IMG/VR virus record: IMGVR_UViG_3300047564_002155
Location: 64,001 to 128,000 of that record
DNA length: 64,000 nt
Source of the DNA: a virus
Direction: 5' to 3' (one strand)
Made by a program: the position numbers and the translations under genes. Of this stretch, positions 10,466 to 21,334 are shown in pieces; the stretch's first letter is position 1, and each line of letters begins with the position of its first letter. Below the pieces are notes generated by a model. That model saw only the letters and a list, made by a program, of their open reading frames with translations, made no database searches and was not told the origin of the DNA.

Positions 10466-12958
10466 ATGCCAACAACTGCAGGTGATATATATGTAAGAAG
10501 TGGTACCCAGGGCGCATTTACCGAGGTAAAATACGTTCAGGGCGGATGGCTTACTGTTGATTCTTCATCTACTATGGTGAATATAGATGTATCAAGACTA
10601 CAACAAGGCCAATTGGTATTTGTTGAATCTCAAAATAAATTTTATAAAGCTACTGTTATATTAGCGGATTATATAACTATTTTTGACGACTCCGCTTCTT
10701 TTTCAGAGTATAGATTTTTAACATCAAGTATTTCTAATTTTGACAGCGAAGTATCACGTTCAGCTGCTATTGCGGGGTTTGGAAGTGGTGGTGGAAGTGT
10801 ACCTGCTGGGACTGTATCATCATCTGCTCAAACGATTGCAAATTTAAATGGAACCAACATTTTATCGGGTTCTATTCTTACATCAAGTGTAACTAATTTT
10901 GATACTGAAGTTTCTCGTTCAGCCGCAGCAAATGGATTTGGAGCATCAACTCTTCCAAGTGGTGTTGTATCATCATCTGCTCAAGTAAGTTATGTGTTGA
11001 TTTCAAACGTGCCATCGGGTATTGTTTCAAGTTCAACCCAAACTATTGCAAACTTAAATGGTAGTGGTATTCTTTCAGGTTCTTCAAGTGTGCCTGCTGG
11101 AACGATTAGTGGTTCTCAACAAATTACTGATTTAGGTTTTATCAACCAAAGTCAAACATCTTCAATGTCGGTTGCAACTGCTTCATATGTAAGTCCTACA
11201 TTTATTTCAGCATCTGCTGCCGCAAGTGGCTTTGGGTCTTCAACCCTTCCAAGTGGTGTGGTTTCTTCATCCGCTCAGGTTGTTGCAGCTCTACCTGTTG
11301 GAACAATAAGTTCATCGGCTCAGATTTTACCAATCTTAACCTCAAGTGTAACCAATTTTGATACTGAAGTATCACGCTCAGCAGCAACGGCTGGATTTGG
11401 AAGTTCTACTCTTCCAAGTGGTGTTGTATCATCATCCGCTCAAGTTATTAGTAACTTAAATGGCAGTGGTATTCTTTCAGGTTCCATTCCAACTTCAAGC
11501 GTAACCAATTTTGATACCGAAGTTTCTCGTTCTGCTGCTGCAAGTGGCTTTGGAAGTGGTGGTGGAGCTTCTGTTCCGGCCGGTACTATTTCATCATCTG
11601 CTCAAGTAATTGCATCTTTGCCGGCTGGAACTGTATCATCATCAGCTCAAATCCTACCAATACTTACTTCAAGTGTAACTAATTTTGATACTGAAGTTTC
11701 AAGGTCTGCTGCAGCTGCAGGATTTGGAAGTGGTGGTGGTTCAACTGATATTTCAGCACTAAACACATTTACATCTTCTATTCAAAGTGAAGTAAACGCT
11801 TTAAAAGCTGCTACAAGTTCTTATGTAACATCTGCTCAAACAAGTTCGTTTGTTACAAATTCTCAAACATCATCGTTTGCTATCAAAGCAGAAATTAGTG
11901 GTGCTTTTACACAAGACTCAAGTTCTATTTCAACTCGTTTAACATCACTTGAAGGAACGAGCGGTGGTGATGTAACTGCTTTAAATTTGTTTACTTCATC
12001 AATTCAAACGCAGGTTAATAACTTAACCGCTGAAACGAGTTCATATCTAACATCAGCTGATACATCATCATTCATCACAATTAGTCAGACATCTTCAATG
12101 TCGGTGGCTACTGCTTCGTATGTAAGTCCTACATTTATTTCAGCATCAGCTGCTGCAAGTGGATTTGGCTCCACAACTCTTCCAAGTGGTGTGGTTTCTT
12201 CATCTACTCAAATAGTAGCAGCCCTACCTGCTGGAACTGTATCATCATCCGCACAAACGGTTGCAAATTTGGTTGGTCAAAATGTTGTAGTAAATTCTAT
12301 TACTGCTCAACAATATGTGGTATCATCATCGGTATCATTCATTACCACTTCATTCTCAAGTGGTTCAACCGCATTTGGTGATAGTTTATCTGATACACAC
12401 ACATTTACAGGTTCAGTATCAATCACAGGGTCATTAAATATTGGTGGTCCATTTACTGTAAACAATGAAAACTTAAATGTATCAAGTGGTTCTATTATCT
12501 TAACAAATAGTAGTAGTATTGTTGTACTTGATAGTGGTATTATTAGTGGTACTTTTGTTGGTAATTTAAATTACAACTACATCACTAACTTACCTAATTT
12601 GATTTCATCATCAGCTCAAATTGCTGCTCTTGGGGCAGGTTTATTATCAAGTTCGGCTCAAATTGCGAGTGATATTAGTGGAGCATTTACTTCACTATCA
12701 TCTTCGTTTGCAAGTAGAATTACCGCTCTTGAAGGGGCTGGTGGTGGTAGTGGAATTTTCACACTAACTGGTTCATTCTACTCAACAACAAACAATGTTA
12801 AAATTACAGGTTCACTATCAGTTGGTAGTGGTTCATTTAAATCATTTGAAGTTGACTCAAATGGATTTGTGGTGTTAGGTGATATGACTAAAGACTTGAA
12901 TATCGCTCCGATTGGAACAATTGCTTACTCCGGAAGTAACTTTTACCTAATATCTTAA
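10466..12958 (+). CDS. Ser-rich repetitive virion fibre protein
   Basis: Multiple TSSVTNFDTEVSRSAAAxGFGS and SSSAQ repeats. Confidence 0.6.
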   Translation: MPTTAGDIYVRSGTQGAFTEVKYVQGGWLTVDSSSTMVNIDVSRLQQGQLVFVESQNKFYKATVILADYITIFDDSASFSEYRFLTSSISNFDSEVSRSAAIAGFGSGGGSVPAGTVSSSAQTIANLNGTNILSGSILTSSVTNFDTEVSRSAAANGFGASTLPSGVVSSSAQVSYVLISNVPSGIVSSSTQTIANLNGSGILSGSSSVPAGTISGSQQITDLGFINQSQTSSMSVATASYVSPTFISASAAASGFGSSTLPSGVVSSSAQVVAALPVGTISSSAQILPILTSSVTNFDTEVSRSAATAGFGSSTLPSGVVSSSAQVISNLNGSGILSGSIPTSSVTNFDTEVSRSAAASGFGSGGGASVPAGTISSSAQVIASLPAGTVSSSAQILPILTSSVTNFDTEVSRSAAAAGFGSGGGSTDISALNTFTSSIQSEVNALKAATSSYVTSAQTSSFVTNSQTSSFAIKAEISGAFTQDSSSISTRLTSLEGTSGGDVTALNLFTSSIQTQVNNLTAETSSYLTSADTSSFITISQTSSMSVATASYVSPTFISASAAASGFGSTTLPSGVVSSSTQIVAALPAGTVSSSAQTVANLVGQNVVVNSITAQQYVVSSSVSFITTSFSSGSTAFGDSLSDTHTFTGSVSITGSLNIGGPFTVNNENLNVSSGSIILTNSSSIVVLDSGIISGTFVGNLNYNYITNLPNLISSSAQIAALGAGLLSSSAQIASDISGAFTSLSSSFASRITALEGAGGGSGIFTLTGSFYSTTNNVKITGSLSVGSGSFKSFEVDSNGFVVLGDMTKDLNIAPIGTIAYSGSNFYLIS

Positions 12959-12967
12959 TATTTATTC

Positions 12968-12985
12968 TTGATATCAAAAAAGTTT
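12968..12985. repeat. 18-bp direct repeat, copy 1 (TTGATATCAAAAAAGTTT)
   Basis: Identical to 14047-14064 and contains the palindrome TTGATATCAA. Confidence 0.85.
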
Positions 12986-13018
12986 CGTTAATGCATTAAC
13001 AAAAATGGAGAACTAAAA

Positions 13019-14044
13019 ATGCCAAATATTCAAAAAATTGTAGTTAGTGGAAGTAGTATTTCACAACTATTCAACGATGCAGGATACCTTGCATCTGCTG
13101 GTAATGGAATCGTATCATCATCAGCTCAAGTATTAGCTAATTTAAATGCGTCGGGTATTGTATCATCATCTGCCCAAATTGACGATTTATTTAATATTGA
13201 CGGTCTGATTTCATCATCAGCTCAAATCGCTGCTCTTGGTGCTGGAATTGTATCATCATCCACTCAATTAGAGGGTGCATTTGATACTCGTTATTTAAAC
13301 ACAACGGGTGATAGTGTTGTATCATCATCCGCTCAAATCAATGTAACAAACGCTATTGTAGACGCTGCTGCTGGTATTGTTTACACTAAATTAAACTTTG
13401 ATGGTTCGGGATTCCTATCATCATCTGGTCAGCTTGGCGTAAACGATACTCAAATTTCATTATCAGGTTCTAATGGTGTAAGTATTAATGGTGGAACTGA
13501 TGGTTCATTTACACTTAACCAATCTACTACGGCATCATTTAATATCGCTATTCCAAGTGGTGTAGTATCTGCTTCAGCATTCTCATCACCATCACAAGGT
13601 ACGGTTCGTGCTACAATCAATGGTGTTCAAACCGATGTGGATACCGGTCTTCAAACAGGCGACTCACCACAATTCACAAACTTAACCTTAACTGGTGATT
13701 TATTTGTAGGTGGTGATACAGTCACAATAAACACGGCAAACTTAAACATTGAAGATAAGTTTATCTTATTAAACTCCGGTTCAGGTGGTTCTTCTGCTGA
13801 AGGTGGTATTATTGTTGAGTCATCTGGTTCAGTTGGAACGGGTAACGCATTCTACTATGACGCATCAGATGCTCGTTGGGCGTTAAAAGCTGGATTAAGT
13901 GCTACAAACACCGGCGCTGTAACCGCTGAAGCGTTTATGAGTGTTGCTGTTGTTGATACTTTTGCTAACGCAACTGGTAGTGCTTACTACAAAACAGGTA
14001 ACATTATTATTGATGGTCAAGACATTTACATTGTAACTGTATAA
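13019..14044 (+). CDS. Virion fibre-like protein (SSSAQ family)
   Basis: The N-terminus MPNIQKIVVSGS is paralogous to the gene at 14378. The NLNIEDKFILLN segment is typical of phage fibre proteins. Confidence 0.6.
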   Translation: MPNIQKIVVSGSSISQLFNDAGYLASAGNGIVSSSAQVLANLNASGIVSSSAQIDDLFNIDGLISSSAQIAALGAGIVSSSTQLEGAFDTRYLNTTGDSVVSSSAQINVTNAIVDAAAGIVYTKLNFDGSGFLSSSGQLGVNDTQISLSGSNGVSINGGTDGSFTLNQSTTASFNIAIPSGVVSASAFSSPSQGTVRATINGVQTDVDTGLQTGDSPQFTNLTLTGDLFVGGDTVTINTANLNIEDKFILLNSGSGGSSAEGGIIVESSGSVGTGNAFYYDASDARWALKAGLSATNTGAVTAEAFMSVAVVDTFANATGSAYYKTGNIIIDGQDIYIVTV

Positions 14045-14046
14045 TA

Positions 14047-14064
14047 TTGATATCAAAAAAGTTT
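14047..14064. repeat. 18-bp direct repeat, copy 2
   Basis: Identical to 12968-12985. Confidence 0.85.
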
Positions 14065-14070
14065 TGATTT

Positions 14071-14238
14071 ATGGCAAAAAACGATTCTCCAAAAGAAGTG
14101 GAACTCAAGCTCTCAACACGAGAGCTTGAGGCCCTTCTAATCGGATTGGGTGAGGTTCCCTTTAAAGGTAAAGACATTGAGTTTGTCTACCGACTCGCAG
14201 TCAAACTTCAAGAAGGAATCCTAAAGTCAAAATCCTAA
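14071..14238 (+). CDS. Small hypothetical protein (55 aa, not in the ORF track), possibly a fibre chaperone
   Basis: MAKNDSPKEVELKLSTRELEALLIGLGEVPFKGKDIEFVYRLAVKLQEGILKSKS*, followed by a terminator. Confidence 0.65.
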   Translation: MAKNDSPKEVELKLSTRELEALLIGLGEVPFKGKDIEFVYRLAVKLQEGILKSKS

Positions 14239-14242
14239 AAAG

Positions 14243-14268
14243 AAACCCTCCCAAGTGGAGGGTTTTTT
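14243..14268 (+). terminator. Rho-independent terminator
   Basis: aaaccctcc-caagt-ggagggttt followed by Ts. Confidence 0.85.
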
Positions 14269-14313
14269 ATTTGATATCTATCTATTTATTTAAGATTATA
14301 ATCATAAAAATCT

Positions 14314-14360
14314 TGGTTGTTGGCCCGAAAGGGAAGTGGGCACGAAAGTGTTACCAACCA
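14314..14360 (+). ncRNA. Putative structured cis-regulatory RNA (three-way junction with two GAAA tetraloops)
   Basis: A gttgg/ccaac stem encloses ccc-GAAA-ggg and ggcac-GAAA-gtgtt. This is a GC-rich island in an AT-rich 5' UTR. Confidence 0.55.
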
Positions 14361-14377
14361 CAATAAAGGATGGGGAT

Positions 14378-16540
14378 ATGCCAAACTGGAAAAAAGTCGT
14401 AGTTAGTGGGAGTAATGTCTCACAACTTTTAAATGATGGTGTTTATTTAAGAACCACGGGTGATGGGGTTATTTCATCATCAGCTCAAATTGCGGGTGAA
14501 ATTAGTGGTGCGTTTACTGCAACATCCGCTTCTTTAAGTGGTAGAATTGATAATTTAAGTTCATCATCTACTGTGTTTGCAAGTACGGGTTCAAACACTT
14601 TCAACGGAGACCAAACTTTTAGTGGTTCTTTATTACCCGACACGACTGAAGTATTTAGTTTAGGTTCGCCTGACAAAGTATGGGAAAGTCTTTATGTAGA
14701 TGGGCAATCCATTTATATGAGAGATACTGCAACAAACACATTTGTTACAATGTCGGCTAATTCAGGTGTCCTTACCTTTAACAACACAAGATTAAATGTT
14801 CCACTTGGAATTACATCATCCAATTTAATACTAACTTCGGTAGTTAATGCTGGAACAAATACAGGTAAATTTCTTGTATTAGACTCTAATGGTAATGTAG
14901 ATTTTAGAACTGAAGTAGAGGTTCGCTCTGATATTGGTGCTCAAAGTTTATCTGCTGGTACATTATCTTCATCCGCACAAATCCAAGCATATGACATTTT
15001 CTTGGAAAAATTGGGTGATAATGTTATTTCATCATCAGCTCAATTAACAACCGAATTTGACACAAGATATCTAAATACAAGTGGTGATGGTGTAATATCA
15101 TCATCCGCTCAAGTTGACCACGATTCAACAACTAACTTTGTAGCAAACGAACACATAGACCACACCACAGTATCTATTTCAGCTGGTAGTGGTTTAAGTG
15201 GTGGTGGAACTATTGCTAGTACACGAACTTTAGCATTAGACACTTCATCTGCTCACTTTACGGATGGTGTAAAAACAAAATTAAATACTGAAGGTGTTAT
15301 TTCATCATCTGCTCAATTAACAGGTACTTTTGATACCCGTTACCTAAACACCACCGGTGATAATGTATTATCTTCATCAGCTCAAATTGCAGGTGAAATT
15401 AGTGGTGCTTTCACCGCTGCATCAGGTGGTTTCTCAACAAGAATTACTTCATTAGAAGCTGCAGGTGGAACTACATTCTCATCTTCGGTTTCTACAAGAT
15501 TAACAAATGTTGAAGGTTACACTCTTGATAATGTAACTGATAATGGTTCATCAACTACCAATGGGATTACAATTGGTGGTTTGACGGTGAATGGTAATGC
15601 TACAATTACAGGTACACTTACCGCACAACAATTTAATACTGAATTTGTATCTTCATCAATTATTTTTGAGTCCGGCTCAACAAAATTTGGTGACTCCGTA
15701 GATGATATTCATTCATTCACAGGTTCAGTAAAGTTAAATACCCAAACTGCTGCTACAACGGATACTGATAAGTTCTTGGTGTTTGATACCGGTGGTGAAA
15801 TTAAATATAGAACTGGTGCAGAAGTTTTAAGTGATATAAATCCTGGTGGTTTAATCTCATCATCTGCTCAACTTACAACCGAGTTTGATACTCGTTACCT
15901 AAATACAACAGGCGATGGAGTTATTTCATCATCAGCCCAATTAACATCCACTTTTGATACCCGTTACTTAAACACCACCGGTGATAATGTATTATCTTCA
16001 TCAGCTCAAATTGCAAGTGAAATTAGTGGTGCTTTTACTGGCGCTGGGTTTGTTGATGTTGGTAGTGCTGCGAGTGCGTCAAGGTTAGCTGTATGGCAAG
16101 ACGGAAACACTATCAGAGGGTATGAGAATATTACAATACACAATAATTCGGTAATTGAGGCTGGTTTATATTTAAGTGGCGGTTCATCCGGAATTGGTCG
16201 TAAAGTATTGCATGGTTCTGGTGGTGGTACTGGTGCTGGACAATTTTCAATATTAAATTGTGGAAACCCGGCGGATTCAATCGGAGCGCATGTTTCATAC
16301 ACAGTGCATGTCTACGGAAATAGAAATGCCGGCTTTAAAGCCGGAACTATTTTAGCAGTGTGGGATACTTCGGGTGGTAATATTCAATATTACGAAACCT
16401 CTACAAGCACATATGGTACATTACCAACCCACCAAGTTTATCCTTTTTTGACTGGAGGGTCTGTATATATTGTTTTAGCAAATAATAGTGGAACCTCATT
16501 GTATGTAACCGCTAACGCTGATATAATGACAACAATATAA
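14378..16540 (+). CDS. Tail fibre-like protein (SSSAQ family)
   Basis: The ATG at 14378 (MPNWKKVVVSGS) follows AGGA. It has FDTRYLNTTGDxVISSSAQ repeats and a distinct C-terminal tip domain. Confidence 0.65.
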   Translation: MPNWKKVVVSGSNVSQLLNDGVYLRTTGDGVISSSAQIAGEISGAFTATSASLSGRIDNLSSSSTVFASTGSNTFNGDQTFSGSLLPDTTEVFSLGSPDKVWESLYVDGQSIYMRDTATNTFVTMSANSGVLTFNNTRLNVPLGITSSNLILTSVVNAGTNTGKFLVLDSNGNVDFRTEVEVRSDIGAQSLSAGTLSSSAQIQAYDIFLEKLGDNVISSSAQLTTEFDTRYLNTSGDGVISSSAQVDHDSTTNFVANEHIDHTTVSISAGSGLSGGGTIASTRTLALDTSSAHFTDGVKTKLNTEGVISSSAQLTGTFDTRYLNTTGDNVLSSSAQIAGEISGAFTAASGGFSTRITSLEAAGGTTFSSSVSTRLTNVEGYTLDNVTDNGSSTTNGITIGGLTVNGNATITGTLTAQQFNTEFVSSSIIFESGSTKFGDSVDDIHSFTGSVKLNTQTAATTDTDKFLVFDTGGEIKYRTGAEVLSDINPGGLISSSAQLTTEFDTRYLNTTGDGVISSSAQLTSTFDTRYLNTTGDNVLSSSAQIASEISGAFTGAGFVDVGSAASASRLAVWQDGNTIRGYENITIHNNSVIEAGLYLSGGSSGIGRKVLHGSGGGTGAGQFSILNCGNPADSIGAHVSYTVHVYGNRNAGFKAGTILAVWDTSGGNIQYYETSTSTYGTLPTHQVYPFLTGGSVYIVLANNSGTSLYVTANADIMTTI

Positions 16541-16584
16541 TAATTAAACAATCTGTTTGGAAAGTGAAAAACGGAAGGAACTAA

Positions 16585-17199
16585 ATGGCAAACGAATTTA
16601 TAATTAAAAATGGACTGATTATTCAAGGTGGTGGTGGACTACAAATGTCCGGCTCACTTGGAATTACTGGTTCATTAAACATATCAAGTGTAGTAAACGC
16701 AGGAACTGATACTGATAAGTTCTTGGTATTGGACTCTAATGGTAATGTAGATTTTAGAACAGGTACCGAAGTTCTTTCCGACATTGGTGCAGCCGCATCA
16801 TCCGTAAAAAACTATATAGATTTTAATAATGTAGTTGATTTTAAAACAATTGCTGATGGATACGCACCAATGTGTGGTATTACGGATATCCAAACAAGTG
16901 TAAATTCACCATTTGCACATTGGATTGCACCTTCGGATGGTTATATTGAACGAATTGAAGTAATGGTGGGTGAAACTAATACGGTGACTGATACTTTTTC
17001 AATTCAACCATATAAAAATGGTTCTGTATTGGGGTCATCGGTAGGTAATACACTGGGTGCTGTGAGAACTGTAACTGAATATGTGTTTAGCGCAACATAC
17101 TCATTCTCAAAAAGAGATAAAATTCAGTTTTATATGTCCAAAGGAACCAATACATCAGATTTGTATACATTCAATGTTTACTTCTTCGCTACAACCTAA
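16585..17199 (+). CDS. Virion fibre-associated protein
   Basis: Starts [10 protein letters not shown] and shares the [18 protein letters not shown] module with the upstream gene. Confidence 0.55.
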   Translation: MANEFIIKNGLIIQGGGGLQMSGSLGITGSLNISSVVNAGTDTDKFLVLDSNGNVDFRTGTEVLSDIGAAASSVKNYIDFNNVVDFKTIADGYAPMCGITDIQTSVNSPFAHWIAPSDGYIERIEVMVGETNTVTDTFSIQPYKNGSVLGSSVGNTLGAVRTVTEYVFSATYSFSKRDKIQFYMSKGTNTSDLYTFNVYFFATT

Positions 17200-17219
17200 T
17201 TATTCTAAAGGATAAAAAA

Positions 17220-20200
17220 ATGAGTTTGATACACGCATTACACGAAGATACTTTGTTAGAGGTTAATGGAATACTAACCCCTATCAAGGATATCCAAATT
17301 GGCGATGTAGTAAAAAGTTACAATACTGAAGCCCAAACTATCGGTGAAAGTAAGGTTGTTTCTAAACACATCGGTTTTGATAGTGAATACTACCACATAA
17401 ATTTTAGTGATGGTTCACAATTAAAAACATCCATCAAATCACTTTTCTATTCACAAGATGGTGAATGGTTAACTCCTTTAGATGTATACCACTTAAAAAA
17501 ATCACTCCTTAACGGATTAGAAATCACCTCACTAAAATTAGTTGATGGTGATATTTCTTTTATTAGTATTGAAGTAGAACCCGACCACAACTATTTTGTA
17601 GGTAATCTATTAGTACACAACACAGGTCCTACGGGTCCTACGGGTCCTACTGGAGCTCAAGGTCCTAAAGGTCCCACCGGCTCTACCGGTTCAACGGGCC
17701 CTACCGGCGGTACTGGTCCTCAAGGTCCTATTGGCCCTAAAGGTCCAACCGGACCCGCTTCATCACCTCAAGGTGCTCAAGGTCCAAAAGGTCCTATGGG
17801 TAACTCACCACAAGGTCCAACGGGTCCTACTGGCCCAACAGGTCCTACCGGCCCAACTGGTCCTACTGGAGCTCAAGGTCCCAAAGGACCAACGGGTCCA
17901 ACTGGTCCTACTGGTCCACAAGGTCCAACAGGTCCAACGGGACCAACCGGCCCTACGGGGTCTTCACCACAAGGTCCTGCTGGTCCAAAGGGACCTACGG
18001 GTCCTACTGGCGCAACTGGCCCAACGGGTCCTACTGGTCCTACTGGCGCTAAAGGACCACAAGGTCCTACGGGTCCAACCGGTGGCACGGGTCCAAAAGG
18101 ACCACAAGGTCCTACGGGTCCAACAGGTCCAACAGGTCCTACTGGCCCTACTGGTGCAAAAGGACCACAAGGTCCTACTGGCCCACAAGGTAACCAAGGG
18201 CCAGTTGGCCCATCACCTCAAGGAGCTCAAGGTCCTAATGGACCAACAGGTCCAACCGGCCCTAAAGGACCAACGGGACCAACAGGCCCCACTGGTGCAA
18301 AAGGTCCACAAGGAGGAACAGGTCCTACTGGCCCAACCGGTGGTCAAGGTGCTACTGGCGCTCAAGGTTTCCAAGGACCAACCGGTCCTACCGGACCTAC
18401 TGGCGCAAAGGGTCCACAAGGACCCACTGGTCCACAAGGTAACCAAGGTCCTTCAGGTTCTTCACCCCAAGGTGCTCAAGGTCCAAAAGGACCAACCGGT
18501 CCAACTGGCGCTCAAGGTCCTGTTGGACCAACGGGTCCTACTGGACCAAAAGGACCTCAAGGTCCCACAGGTCCCACAGGCCCAACAGGAAACCAAGGTC
18601 CGATTGGACCAAAGGGTCCGCAGGGGCCAACGGGTGGAACTGGCCCTCAAGGTGGAGTAGGTCCTCAAGGTCCAAAGGGCGACCAAGGTAATTCACCACA
18701 AGGTGCACAAGGTCCGATAGGACCACAAGGAGCTAAAGGACCTGCGGGTTCTTCACCTAAAGGAGACCAAGGTCCACAAGGTGCTCAAGGTCCTAAAGGT
18801 CCCCAAGGAGCTAACCCACAAGGAGACCAAGGACCACAAGGTCCACAAGGTCCTAAAGGACCAACCGGGTCTTCACCTCAAGGAGCTCAAGGTCCTAAAG
18901 GACCACAAGGTCCACAAGGTAACCAAGGACCCGCACCTCAAGGTGACCAAGGTCCTAAAGGCCCACAAGGTCCACAAGGTAATCAAGGACCCGCACCTCA
19001 AGGTGACCAAGGTCCTAAAGGTCCACAAGGTCCACAAGGACAACAAGGACCTGCGCCACAAGGTGACCAAGGTCCTAAAGGTCCACAAGGTGCTCAAGGT
19101 CCGATGGGTAATTCACCTCAAGGACCACAAGGTGCAAAAGGACCACAAGGTGATAAAGGTAATACGGGCTCTTCGCCCAAAGGTGACCAAGGACCACAAG
19201 GCGCTCAAGGTCCTAAAGGTCCTCAAGGAGCTAACCCACAAGGTGACCAAGGACCACAAGGTCCACAAGGTCCTAAAGGTCCTACTGGCTCTTCACCGCA
19301 AGGTGCTCAAGGTCCTAAAGGTCCACAAGGTCCACAAGGTCAACAAGGACCCGCACCTCAAGGTGACCAAGGTCCTAAAGGCCCACAAGGTCCACAAGGT
19401 AATCAAGGACCCGCACCTCAAGGTGACCAAGGTCCTAAAGGACCACAAGGACCACAAGGACAACAAGGTCCAGCGCCTCAAGGTGACCAAGGTCCTAAAG
19501 GTCCACAAGGGCCAAAGGGTGACCAAGGTAATTCACCTCAAGGTGCTCAAGGTCCAACAGGTGCTCAAGGTGATAAAGGTAATACAGGGTCTTCACCTAA
19601 AGGAGACCAAGGTCCACAAGGTGCTCAAGGTCCTAAAGGCCCTCAAGGAGCTAACCCACAAGGTGACCAAGGTCCACAAGGCCCACAAGGTCCTAAAGGT
19701 CCTACTGGGTCTTCACCACAAGGCGCTCAAGGTCCTAAAGGTCCTCAAGGTGATAAAGGTCCAACTGGGTCTTCACCGCAAGGTGCTCAAGGTCCTAAAG
19801 GACCACAAGGTCCACAAGGTAACCAAGGTCCTGCTCCTCAAGGTGACCAAGGTCCTAAAGGTCCTCAAGGCGCTCAAGGTAATCAAGGACCGCAAGGTCC
19901 AATTGGACCTCAAGGTCCTAAAGGCCCTCAAGGTCCTAAAGGTCCTCAAGGAGACAAGGGTCCTCAAGGAGCTGCTCCTCAAGGTGACCAAGGTCCACAG
20001 GGACCAAAGGGTGACCAAGGTAATTCACCTCAAGGCGCTCAAGGTCCTAAAGGTCCTCAAGGAGACAAAGGACCACAGGGTGCGGCACCTCAAGGTGCTC
20101 AAGGTCCTAAAGGTCCACAGGGGGATAAAGGACCACAAGGTTCAATAGGTAACCAAGGAGACCAAGGTCCACAAGGTCCGCAAGGACCAAAGGGTGATGC

Positions 20201-21311
20201 TGGAACCTCACCACAAGGTGCTCAAGGTCCTAAAGGTCCTCAAGGAGACAAAGGTCCTCAAGGAGCTTCACCACAAGGAGCTCAAGGTCCACAAGGTGTT
20301 AAAGGACCACAAGGTCCTAAAGGAACTTCACCTCAAGGTGACCAAGGTCCACAAGGTGCTCAAGGTCCTAAAGGTCCTCAAGGTGATTCACCACAAGGAG
20401 ACCAAGGACCACAAGGTCCTAAAGGAGACCAAGGTAATTCACCTCAAGGTGCTCAAGGTCCTATTGGGGCTCAAGGTCCTAAAGGTCCTCAAGGAGACAA
20501 AGGTCCTCAAGGTGCAAAAGGTCCTCAAGGAGACAAAGGTCCTCAAGGAGACAAGGGTCCTCAAGGAGCTAATCCACAAGGTGACCAAGGTCCACAAGGT
20601 GAAAAAGGACCACAGGGGGATAAGGGAACCTCACCACAAGGTGCTCAAGGTCCTAAAGGTCCTCAAGGAGACAAAGGTCCTCAAGGAGCTTCACCACAAG
20701 GAGCGCAAGGCCCACAAGGTGTTAAAGGACCACAAGGTCCTAAAGGAACTTCACCTCAAGGTGACCAAGGTCCACAAGGTGCTCAAGGTCCTAAAGGTCC
20801 TCAAGGTGATTCACCACAAGGAGACCAAGGACCACAAGGTCCTAAAGGAGACCAAGGTAATTCACCTCAAGGTGCTCAAGGTCCTATTGGGGCTCAAGGT
20901 CCTAAAGGTCCTCAAGGAGACAAAGGTCCTCAAGGTGCAAAAGGTCCTCAAGGAGACAAAGGTCCTCAAGGAGACAAGGGTCCTCAAGGAGCTAATCCAC
21001 AAGGTGACCAAGGTCCTCAAGGACCACAAGGTGCTCAAGGTCCTAAAGGAACGTCACCACAAGGTCCACAAGGAGCTAAAGGTCCTCAAGGTCCTAAAGG
21101 AACTTCACCTCAAGGTGCTCAAGGACCACAAGGTCCTCAAGGAGACAAAGGTCCTCAAGGAGACAAAGGTCAAAAGGGAGAGGCTGCTCTTGGAACTTTA
21201 ATTAGTGGTGTATCACCAGGATTAACTTGGAACGGGTCTCGTGGATTTTTAAGTTTCAATAATGGTGGTGCTACATATGTAATTCATATGTATGTAAGTG
21301 GTTCATTCTAA
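17220..21311 (+). CDS. Collagen-like protein 1 with N-terminal Hint (intein-like) domain
   Basis: Residues 6-134 (ALHEDTLL...[11 protein letters not shown]...[17 protein letters not shown]) are followed by about 1190 aa of Gly-X-Y and a short C-terminal domain ending YVSGSF. Confidence 0.9.
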   Translation: MSLIHALHEDTLLEVNGILTPIKDIQIGDVVKSYNTEAQTIGESKVVSKHIGFDSEYYHINFSDGSQLKTSIKSLFYSQDGEWLTPLDVYHLKKSLLNGLEITSLKLVDGDISFISIEVEPDHNYFVGNLLVHNTGPTGPTGPTGAQGPKGPTGSTGSTGPTGGTGPQGPIGPKGPTGPASSPQGAQGPKGPMGNSPQGPTGPTGPTGPTGPTGPTGAQGPKGPTGPTGPTGPQGPTGPTGPTGPTGSSPQGPAGPKGPTGPTGATGPTGPTGPTGAKGPQGPTGPTGGTGPKGPQGPTGPTGPTGPTGPTGAKGPQGPTGPQGNQGPVGPSPQGAQGPNGPTGPTGPKGPTGPTGPTGAKGPQGGTGPTGPTGGQGATGAQGFQGPTGPTGPTGAKGPQGPTGPQGNQGPSGSSPQGAQGPKGPTGPTGAQGPVGPTGPTGPKGPQGPTGPTGPTGNQGPIGPKGPQGPTGGTGPQGGVGPQGPKGDQGNSPQGAQGPIGPQGAKGPAGSSPKGDQGPQGAQGPKGPQGANPQGDQGPQGPQGPKGPTGSSPQGAQGPKGPQGPQGNQGPAPQGDQGPKGPQGPQGNQGPAPQGDQGPKGPQGPQGQQGPAPQGDQGPKGPQGAQGPMGNSPQGPQGAKGPQGDKGNTGSSPKGDQGPQGAQGPKGPQGANPQGDQGPQGPQGPKGPTGSSPQGAQGPKGPQGPQGQQGPAPQGDQGPKGPQGPQGNQGPAPQGDQGPKGPQGPQGQQGPAPQGDQGPKGPQGPKGDQGNSPQGAQGPTGAQGDKGNTGSSPKGDQGPQGAQGPKGPQGANPQGDQGPQGPQGPKGPTGSSPQGAQGPKGPQGDKGPTGSSPQGAQGPKGPQGPQGNQGPAPQGDQGPKGPQGAQGNQGPQGPIGPQGPKGPQGPKGPQGDKGPQGAAPQGDQGPQGPKGDQGNSPQGAQGPKGPQGDKGPQGAAPQGAQGPKGPQGDKGPQGSIGNQGDQGPQGPQGPKGDAGTSPQGAQGPKGPQGDKGPQGASPQGAQGPQGVKGPQGPKGTSPQGDQGPQGAQGPKGPQGDSPQGDQGPQGPKGDQGNSPQGAQGPIGAQGPKGPQGDKGPQGAKGPQGDKGPQGDKGPQGANPQGDQGPQGEKGPQGDKGTSPQGAQGPKGPQGDKGPQGASPQGAQGPQGVKGPQGPKGTSPQGDQGPQGAQGPKGPQGDSPQGDQGPQGPKGDQGNSPQGAQGPIGAQGPKGPQGDKGPQGAKGPQGDKGPQGDKGPQGANPQGDQGPQGPQGAQGPKGTSPQGPQGAKGPQGPKGTSPQGAQGPQGPQGDKGPQGDKGQKGEAALGTLISGVSPGLTWNGSRGFLSFNNGGATYVIHMYVSGSF
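18740..21020 (+). repeat. Higher-order tandem duplications in collagen 1 (60-, 420- and 423-bp periods)
   Basis: Blocks recur at 18751, 19171 and 19591 (420 bp) and at 20202 and 20625 (423 bp). 60-bp units occur at 18901, 18961 and 19021. Confidence 0.85.
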
Positions 21312-21334
21312 TCCAAAAATAAAGAAGTTCTCTT

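Noticed and set aside
14314-14360. Hammerhead ribozyme or tRNA
   Set aside because: There is no CUGANGA core and no cloverleaf or T-loop. I recognised no tRNA or rRNA gene anywhere in the window.
14336-14377. GTG start at 14336 given by the ORF track
   Set aside because: The ATG at 14378 has an SD and matches the paralogous N-terminus of the gene at 13019. The upstream stretch is the structured leader.
7085-17199. Diversity-generating retroelement or invertase shufflon acting on the fibre genes
   Set aside because: No reverse transcriptase, recombinase, adenine-specific TR/VR pair or inverted cassettes were seen in this window.
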